Shown: positions 1 to 5,079 of the stretch, piece by piece | Numbering within the stretch: the first letter of the stretch is position 1 | How the letters are laid out: each line of letters begins with the position of its first letter | Origin: Fonticula alba ATCC 38817 | Lineage: Eukaryota; Protista; Nucleariida | Reading direction: 5' to 3' (one strand) | Length of the DNA: 5,079 nt | NCBI GenBank assembly: GCA_000388065.2 | Contig: KB932205.1 | Notes under the pieces: model-generated | Seen by the model: only the letters and a program-made list of their open reading frames with translations | Told to the model about the DNA's origin: nothing | Databases searched by the model: none | Program-made: the position numbers and the translations under genes

Positions 1-263
1 CATGCTCCGCCTCCTGGCGGCGGCACGCGACGAACAGCCGCCCCGCCCAGGGTCAAGTGGCCGCAATTGCCCTTTCGGGCCGGCGGTCCGGGGGGGATGC
101 CGAAAAGCACCGGCCCCCATTCCCGACCGGCTTTCCGGCGGCGCGTGCGCCACTTCTGCCCCCTTCCCGCGGCTCGCCTGGCCGCCGGGGCCCGGCCAGA
201 GCGGCCGCGCGGCTGCGGTGCGTGCCCCGCGCCGGGCGGTGCTGCCACCCGGGGACCACGAGC

Positions 264-290
264 GGGGTGCAGGGGGGAGGGGGGGGAGGG
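264..290 (+). promoter_or_regulatory. Potential G-quadruplex motif upstream of the CDS
   Basis: GGGG-tgca-GGGGGG-a-GGGGGGGG-a-GGG fits the four-G-tract pattern. Function is not shown. Confidence 0.4.
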
Positions 291-293
291 AAG

Positions 294-437
294 ATGGCCG
301 ACGCCGACTTTTCGGCGGGGAGGGGCACGCCGTCTGGCCGGGACCGGCCGCTTGTCATCCCCCAGCTTCTCCTCCCCCTCGCCGACAGGCACGTTCGTCT
401 CCTTCCCGAATGCCATCTTCCTCGCGAGGTGCCATGA
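294..437 (+). promoter_or_regulatory. Candidate 47-codon upstream ORF whose TGA overlaps the main ATG
   Basis: aagATGg at 294 (A at -3, G at +4). The frame ends at TGA 435-437 inside ATGA 434-437. It is relevant only if transcription starts upstream of 294. Confidence 0.3.
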
Positions 438-556
438 GGCCGCCGCTGGCGAAGCCGCCGCCGGCGGCCAGCCCGCGCCGCCGCCGGCTCCCGCAGCCCC
501 TGTCCCCGGTGGCGGGCTTGCTCCTGCTCGTGCTGGCCAGCATGGCCTCCTTGTGG

Positions 557-609
<53 letters not shown>

Positions 610-613
610 AGCC
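434..613 (+). other. Putative signal peptide or signal anchor (60 aa including poly-Ala)
   Basis: Basic n-region (PRRRR), hydrophobic VAGLLLLVLASMASLW, then T-A16-T-A before polar DTP. A-T-A|D fits the small-residue -3/-1 rule. Judged by eye. Confidence 0.65.
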
Positions 614-1862
614 GACACGCCCGCCCCGGGCCTCATCTACTACCAGCGGGGCTATGCTCCGCTGAAGGCCGACGGGTATGGCAGTGTGGAGCAAATCCAC
701 CTCCAGGGCCTGGCGGTGTCCCCTCGCGCCGAGGCCCAGGGATACATCAGCTTCAGCCGGCAGGATGGCCTCGACCTGGACGTGCACCCGGACACGCGCC
801 TCGGGGCCTTCCTGCCGCCCAACACCTCCGGCATGTACATCCCCCACCCGCAGCCGGTTAACGTGGAGTTCTTCTTCCCGCAGGCCCTGCTGCCGCGGTA
901 CGACGCGCTGACGCTCGTGGCGGCCGGGCAGCTGCAGCTCTACCCGGCGGCCGTGCGGCCGGCCACCCCGCCGCCGGTGGGCTTCACCCTGCCCGGGGTG
1001 GTCGGCCTGCTGGCCGGCTTGCACCTGGACGCCAGCCGGACGGCTCTGCTGGTGCGCACGGACGCCGGCACCCTGGCCCACGTTCTGCTGGATGGCAGCC
1101 AGGCCTCGGTCACCATGCTGGAAGACCCGGCCCCCCAGCAGGTCCACATCGCCCACGGCCTCGGGCCGGTCTTCCATGTGGTGCAGGATGGCAAGTACTC
1201 GCGCGTGGGCGCCGCGTCCGGGCTGCAGGAGTCCATCCCCGGCTCGGTCGGCCAGGGGTCCCTGCGGCAGGTGCTGGCCACGCGGGCGGTCACCAGCGAC
1301 CCGACCCGGCAGGACCTGATCCTGCTGCAGGCCAATGGCACGGTGCACATTTGCCCGAACCAGATTGCCGGCGACCGGTGCACCAGCCCCAGCCTGAGCA
1401 TCTCCCTGCCGGCCGGGGTGGCGGCCGGCGGCCGGCTGCTCAATCCCCCGGTCCTGGGCCTGGCCCAGCCCCTGGGCTACATCCTGTACCATGATACTGC
1501 CAGCAACCGGGTGTGGCGCTTTGACCTGGGCCCCGGGGCCACGGCCGTCACCCACACCCGCCGGGTGGTGCTCTACTTCGACCCGGGCTACATCGAGCCG
1601 ACCAACCTGCGCATGCTGGCCTTCCGCGGCCCGGACGGCACGCCGGCCTGGCACCTGGTCGACGACCACCGGGTCCACTTCACGCCGGAGGCCTTCCAGT
1701 GCCAGAGCGACCGGTCGATTGTCTGTGCCACCGAGGGCACCCCCCTGGCGCGGGGGTGGTCCTGCATCGCCGGGCACGCGGTCACGCCCCTCAGCGAGAG
1801 TGGGCTCTTCTGCGGGGGCTGCACCACGTCCATGACCACGGCGCTGCACCCGCTGGAAGAGG
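434..1862 (+). CDS. Exon 1 of a furin-like-repeat type I membrane protein (putative surface receptor): signal peptide, poly-Ala, extracellular region I, first half of a Cys-rich linker
   Basis: gccATG at 434 lies in the open frame 2..1930 and is followed by a signal-peptide-like segment (RRRR...VAGLLLLVLASMASLW). Codons are strongly G/C-ending until about 1862, then the sequence becomes TG-repeat. The GTGCGT donor at 1863 leaves one base of codon 1862, matching the phase of the acceptor at 2266. In-frame ATG 410 is an alternative start. Confidence 0.85.
560..607 (+). repeat. Perfect (GCC)16 coding microsatellite encoding Ala16
   Basis: 48 nt of uninterrupted GCC, read directly. Confidence 0.97.
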
Positions 1863-1904
1863 GTGCGTGGCCTGCAAGGGCATTGTTCGCGGGGGGTGGG
1901 TCAT

Positions 1905-2166
1905 GCGTGTGTGAGTATATGTGTGTGTGAGTACATGTGTGTGTGTGAGTGTGAGTACATGTGTGCGTGAGTGTGAGTATATGTGTGTGTGTGAGTGTGA
2001 GTACATGTGTGTTTGATTGTGTGCGAGTGTGAGTACATGTGTTTGTCCATCTATGTGAGCATGTGTGTGTGCGTGTGTGGATATATGTGCGCGTGCTTAT
2101 GCGTGGGCGGATGCGTGACATACATGTGCATCGCACACACATGTACAAGCGTATAGACACATATAC
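1905..2166. repeat. Intronic alternating purine-pyrimidine low-complexity tract with six GTGAGTAYATGTGT units
   Basis: Units start at 1911, 1927, 1951, 1973, 1997 and 2029 among (TG)n. The 3' part switches to CA-rich sequence. Confidence 0.9.
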
Positions 2167-2167
2167 G

Positions 2168-2213
2168 CCCCCCCCCCGGCCCCCCCGGCCCCCCCGGCCC
2201 CCCCGGCCCCGGG
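2168..2213. repeat. (CCCCCCCGG)4 tandem repeat
   Basis: Four C7-GG units at 2171-2206, preceded by CCC and followed by CCCCGGG. Confidence 0.93.
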
Positions 2214-2266
2214 AAAAGGCAACACAAAAACACACGCCCTCTTCCTAACACACCCGGCGCACATAG

Positions 2267-4782
2267 CCCATTGCGAGCGGTGCGCCCTATCCGGCTGCCG
2301 GGTGTGCACGCCGGAGCACTGCCTCGTGTGCGCCCCCCGGGAGAGCCTCCTCGTGGACCTGGTCACCGGCGTGCCGGCGTGCGTGGCCCAGTGCCCGGCC
2401 GGGTGGCGCCATTCCGGGGCCTTCTGCCGGCCCGAGGACCCGGGGCCGCAGCTCCGCCTGGACTGGCAGCCGGTCGAGGTCACCCACCCGGCCACGGTCA
2501 CCCCGGGGGCCATCACCGGCATCGGGGCCACGCGCATGGTGCCCGATGCGGCCGGGGCCCTGGTCATGGCCATGCCGGAGGCGGGCCAGGCCGAGCCGGC
2601 CCCCGGCCCCCGGGCCCGGCCGCTGATCTTCCACCAGCAGAATGCCGTCCTGTGGATGGCCGAGCAGCCGGATGGGTCGCTGGCTGGCCAGCCGGTGACC
2701 GGGGTGCCGGTCGCCGGCCAGGTGACCGGCATGCTGGAGCTGGAGCTGCCCGACCGGCACAATGGCTGGCCGGTGCTCGGGCTGTTCCTGTGTGTGGACG
2801 GCAAGACGGCCCAGGTGACGGTGGCCCGGTGCGAGGCCGCCATCGCCCCGGCCCCGGGGGCCAGGTGCCCGCCCACCTATGAGACCCTGCTGGCGGAGAA
2901 TTACTCCGAGTGCCACTTCCAGCGCCTGGCCCCGGCGGCGGTCAGCATCCTCAGCCCGGGCATCGTGCGGGTTGCCTCGTTCGACTCGTCGGCCCGGCTG
3001 CGCCTGCAGTATTGGAACCGCCAGGCCACGCACCCGGCCTCCCTGGACCCGGCGGCCGCCGAGCCGTACCTCATCATGGCCGGCCAGCAGCGGACATTCA
3101 TCCAGCCGGCCGCCATGGACTACGGCGACCCCCGCCAGGCGGCCCTGCCGGATGCCAGCAGCGGCGAGCCCCTGCTCAAGGCCCTGCCGGTGAGCATGCC
3201 CGGGCCCGGGCCCGGCCGGGCCGAGCTCGTCGTCACGCGCTTCGCCACCGACCCCACCGAGGCCCTGTGGGTGGCCGTGCACTTCCCCCGGGGGATGGCC
3301 CTGCATGGGAAGACCGCCGGGCTGGATGGCAATGAGCAGGTGCTGGCCCGGCTGCCGGCCGCGTGGGTCCCCTCCAACGGCCGGCCCCGGGTCCTGGCCC
3401 TGGACCTGCACATGGCCGACTTCCCCAGTGCCCTGGTGCTGGTGCTGAAGGATGCGGTGGCCGTGGCGCCGATGCACTGCCCGGCGGCCGGCGGCGGCCT
3501 GTGCTGGCTGCAGGAGGCCATCACCCTACCGGTCCCCGGGGAGGCGGGGCTCTTCGCGCCCCCGGGCGAGGCGGCCCTCGTCCCGGTGGCCGGGCCCCCC
3601 GGCCCGGGGAAGGTCTTTTCTCTGCTGCTGCACCAGCCCCGGGGCCAGGTCCTCCGGCTGGACGCCCGGCTGCCGACCTGCCCCGAGGGGACGCACGCCA
3701 CGCCGGCCGGCTGCCGGGCCTGCGACCGGACATGCGCCGCATGCCAGGCCCCGGGGCCCAGCCAATGCACCGCCTGCCCGCCGGGCGACCGGCTGCAGGA
3801 TGGCCAGTGCGTGCCCCGGTGCCCGGCCGGCCAGTACTACCAGGCCGATGGGTCCGGCTCCGACTACACCTGCCACGCGTGCCACGCCTCCTGCCACCGG
3901 TGCACCGGGCCCGGGGCGCACCAGTGCACCGTCTGCCGGGCCGACTGGCTGCGCACCGAGGAGGACCTGTGCGTGAGCCAGTGCCCGGCCGGGGGCTTCG
4001 GCTGCCCGGCCACCGGGCGCTGCGCCCCCTGCTCGGCCCACTGCACCGAGTGCGCCCTGGCCGCCGTGCACCCGGGCGGCTGCACCTCCGCCTGCGGCGC
4101 CTGCGCAAAGGGCTGGCTGCTGGCCGACGCCACCAAGACCTGCGAGTCGGCCTGCCCGCCGGGGGAGTTCCTGCCCGCGGCGGCCGGGGCCACCGCCTGC
4201 AAGCCCTGCGACCCGGCCTGCCGCACGTGCCACCAGAGCGCCGACTTCTGCACCGCCTGCCCGGGGGAGGCGGCCCTGCACCCCGCGGCCGGCCAGTGCC
4301 AGCACCAGTGCACCCCGGGCCGCCAGATGCCGGTGGACATGCTGCACGAGGGGACCCCCGGCCGGGAGCCGGCGTGCGTGGCGTGCCCGGAAAATTGCGC
4401 CCAGTGCCCCACGGCCGGGGCCACGTGCGTCCGCCGGGCCGACGGGGCCATCGACTGCCCGGACATCCGGACGTGCGGCCGCTGCGCCGCCGAGGCCCTC
4501 CTGCTCCAGGGCCAGCAGTGTGTCTTCGAGTGCCCGGAGGAGGGGTTCTTCGCCGACCGCGATGGCCAGCACGGCCCGGTGCCCTCGTGCGTGGCCTGCC
4601 ACGCCGAGTGCGCCGCCTCCTGCTCCGGCCCCGGCCGCGACCAGTGCATCATGCCGCGCACGGGCGCCGGCCGCGCCGTCGGCCTCGGCATCGGCCTGAC
4701 CCTGCTCTGCCTGCTGCTCGTCGGCGGCGCGGTCGCCGTCTTCCTCAACCGTGGCCGGCTCTTCGGGGCCGGCCCCGCCAAG
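2267..4782 (+). CDS. Exon 2: rest of Cys-rich linker, extracellular region II, six furin-like Cys-rich repeats, transmembrane helix, juxtamembrane residues
   Basis: This is the frame of the 845-aa ORF (2302..4839), which stays open upstream to the acceptor (HCERCALSGCR precedes the GTG the ORF finder used as a start). It shows GC-ending codons, repeated CxxCxxxCxxC motifs and a 24-residue hydrophobic helix. AAG|GTGCGC at 4783 is the likely end; if that donor is unused, the CDS ends at TGA 4837-4839. Confidence 0.88.
3679..4647 (+). other. Block of six furin-like (growth-factor-receptor-type) Cys-rich repeats
   Basis: Cores CRACDRTCAAC, CHACHASCHRC, CAPCSAHCTEC, CKPCDPACRTC, CVACPENCAQC and CVACHAECAASC, linked by C-x3-CP-x-G-type segments typical of furin-like repeats. 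Confidence 0.88.
4675..4746 (+). other. Transmembrane helix
   Basis: AVGLGIGLTLLCLLLVGGAVAVFL (24 uncharged residues) followed by NRGR, consistent with the positive-inside rule and type I topology. Confidence 0.88.
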
Positions 4783-4941
4783 GTGCGCTTCCTGCGCCGG
4801 CCGCGCCCGGCCTGCCTGCCTGCCTGGCTGCGACTTTGACCTGCTTGCCGCACTAACCGCCGGTCTCCATCCATGGCCCGCGCATCGCCCCCTCCACCAT
4901 CTGCCCATGTCCTGTGGCCCGGCCCCCCTGGCCGCGTGCAG
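4783..4941 (+). other. Probable intron 2 (159 nt, phase 0)
   Basis: Donor AAG|GTGCGC, (CCTG)4, branch site CACTAAC at 4851-4857, and no AG dinucleotide until GCAG| ending at 4941. Confidence 0.65.
4811..4826 (+). repeat. (CCTG)4 microsatellite
   Basis: Read directly: cctgcctgcctgcctg. Confidence 0.85.
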
Positions 4942-4954
4942 GATGCCCATGGCG
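4942..4954 (+). CDS. Probable 13-nt micro-exon 3 (GAT GCC CAT GGC G = D-A-H-G plus one base)
   Basis: Flanked by CAG (4939-4941) and GTGCGT (4955-4960), the same donor hexamer as intron 1, and stop-free in the expected frame. GTGCGT also occurs by chance inside exon 2, so the donor alone is weak evidence. Confidence 0.5.
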
Positions 4955-5013
4955 GTGCGTGACCCGGCCTCGGCGGTGTGCCCGGCAAATGCCTGCCTCC
5001 CTGTCCGGCGACT

Positions 5014-5034
5014 GTCCGATGCTAAGTCCGATGC

Positions 5035-5037
<3 letters not shown>
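5014..5037 (+). repeat. 12-bp perfect tandem duplication (GTCCGATGCTAA)2
   Basis: Identical copies at 5014-5025 and 5026-5037. Confidence 0.93.

Positions 5038-5079
<42 letters not shown>
5038..5079 (+). repeat. Poly-C run of at least 42 nt, truncated by the window end
   Basis: Read directly. The true length is uncertain and it may mark a contig or assembly edge. Confidence 0.9.

Larger units (their letters stand above)
1863..2266 (+). other. Spliceosomal intron 1 (404 nt, phase 1)
   Basis: Donor AGG|GTGCGT at 1863, branch site CCTAAC at 2244-2249, acceptor CATAG| at 2262-2266, low-complexity interior. Splicing joins G+CC (Ala) and gives a continuous Cys-rich reading FCGGCTTSMTTALHPLEE-A-HCERCALSGCRVCTPEHCLVC. 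Confidence 0.88.
1700..2427 (+). other. Mid-ectodomain Cys-rich linker including one furin-like unit, interrupted by intron 1
   Basis: QCQSDRSIVC...WSC...FCGGC in exon 1 continues as CERCALSGCRVC...CLVC...CVAQCPAGW...FC in exon 2. Confidence 0.65.
4955..5079 (+). other. Probable intron 3, incomplete at the window edge
   Basis: Donor GCG|GTGCGT, branch-like GCTAAC at 5033-5038, then a C homopolymer. No acceptor follows the branch site within the window. Confidence 0.5.

Noticed and set aside
218-388. Possible 5' intron (GTGCGT at 218, CAG at 363-365 or 386-388)
   Set aside because: No CTRAC branch motif lies near either acceptor, GTGCGT is frequent by chance here, and the gene model does not need it.
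2-433. 144-codon N-terminal extension from ATG 2
   Set aside because: It is a low-complexity Pro/Arg/Gly/Ala translation. All three + frames are open over most of this very GC-rich stretch, so openness is uninformative, and the signal-peptide-like segment follows ATG 434. It cannot be fully excluded without cDNA.
53-1849. 598-aa minus-strand ORF
   Set aside because: It lies in the codon-mirror frame of exon 1, where a stop needs sense TTA, CTA or TCA codons, which are rare in GC-biased genes. No recognisable motifs.
1911-2042. Repeated 14-nt units as a CRISPR-like array
   Set aside because: The units are too short, the spacers are just (TG)n of variable length, the context is a eukaryotic intron, and there are no cas genes.
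1588-2251. His/Thr-rich and GRGG/GPGG-repeat ORFs (1588..2235, 1791..2006, 2039..2248, 2051..2251)
   Set aside because: They are translations of the intronic TG and C7GG repeats.
3199-3222. GC palindromes such as CCCGGGCCCGGG
   Set aside because: Explained by Pro-Gly codons in GC-rich coding sequence.
3679-4647. Calling the gene furin/PCSK, EGFR/INSR or a Giardia-type VSP, or reading the CxxC motifs as zinc fingers or heme-binding sites
   Set aside because: No subtilisin catalytic domain, receptor L domain, kinase domain or CRGKA tail is visible. Cys spacing and extracellular position fit disulfide-bonded furin-like repeats. No gene symbol is justified.
4811-4826. (CCTG)4 as an MBNL-type splicing element
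   Set aside because: It is too short and common, and there is no evidence that this regulator operates in this organism.
3363-4856. 497-aa + strand alternative-frame ORF and other overlapping short ORFs
   Set aside because: Arg/Pro/Gly/Ala-rich off-frame translations expected from high GC at third codon positions. No domain features.
2287-4950. Minus-strand ORFs of 396 aa (2287..3477) and 474 aa (3526..4950)
   Set aside because: They lie in the mirror frame of exon 2, and each ends exactly at a rare sense CTA Leu codon (2287 and 3526), the signature of antisense shadows.

Overview
This window is GC-rich eukaryotic genomic DNA, not prokaryotic, and holds most of one intron-containing + strand gene. 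Proposed model: join(434..1862,2267..4782,4942..4954,...), continuing past the right edge. The first two exons total 3945 nt (1315 codons). They encode a type I single-pass membrane protein: signal peptide running into (Ala)16, a Cys-poor region I, a Cys-rich linker split by intron 1, a Cys-poor region II, six furin-like Cys-rich repeats, a transmembrane helix and the start of a cytoplasmic tail. Introns have GTGCG(T/C) donors, CTAAC branch sites and YAG acceptors. From memory, the architecture and composition resemble the furin-repeat surface receptors (often TKL kinases) of the amoeba Fonticula alba; this attribution is inference, and no kinase domain is visible here. The best second-look items are a probable 13-nt micro-exon with a distant branch point, nine GTGAGT donor-like hexamers in intron 1, a uORF whose stop overlaps the main ATG, and a (GCC)16 tract in the signal peptide. 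The other long ORFs are GC-bias shadows. No rRNA, tRNA, CRISPR or mobile element was seen, and nothing here demonstrates a new biological system.
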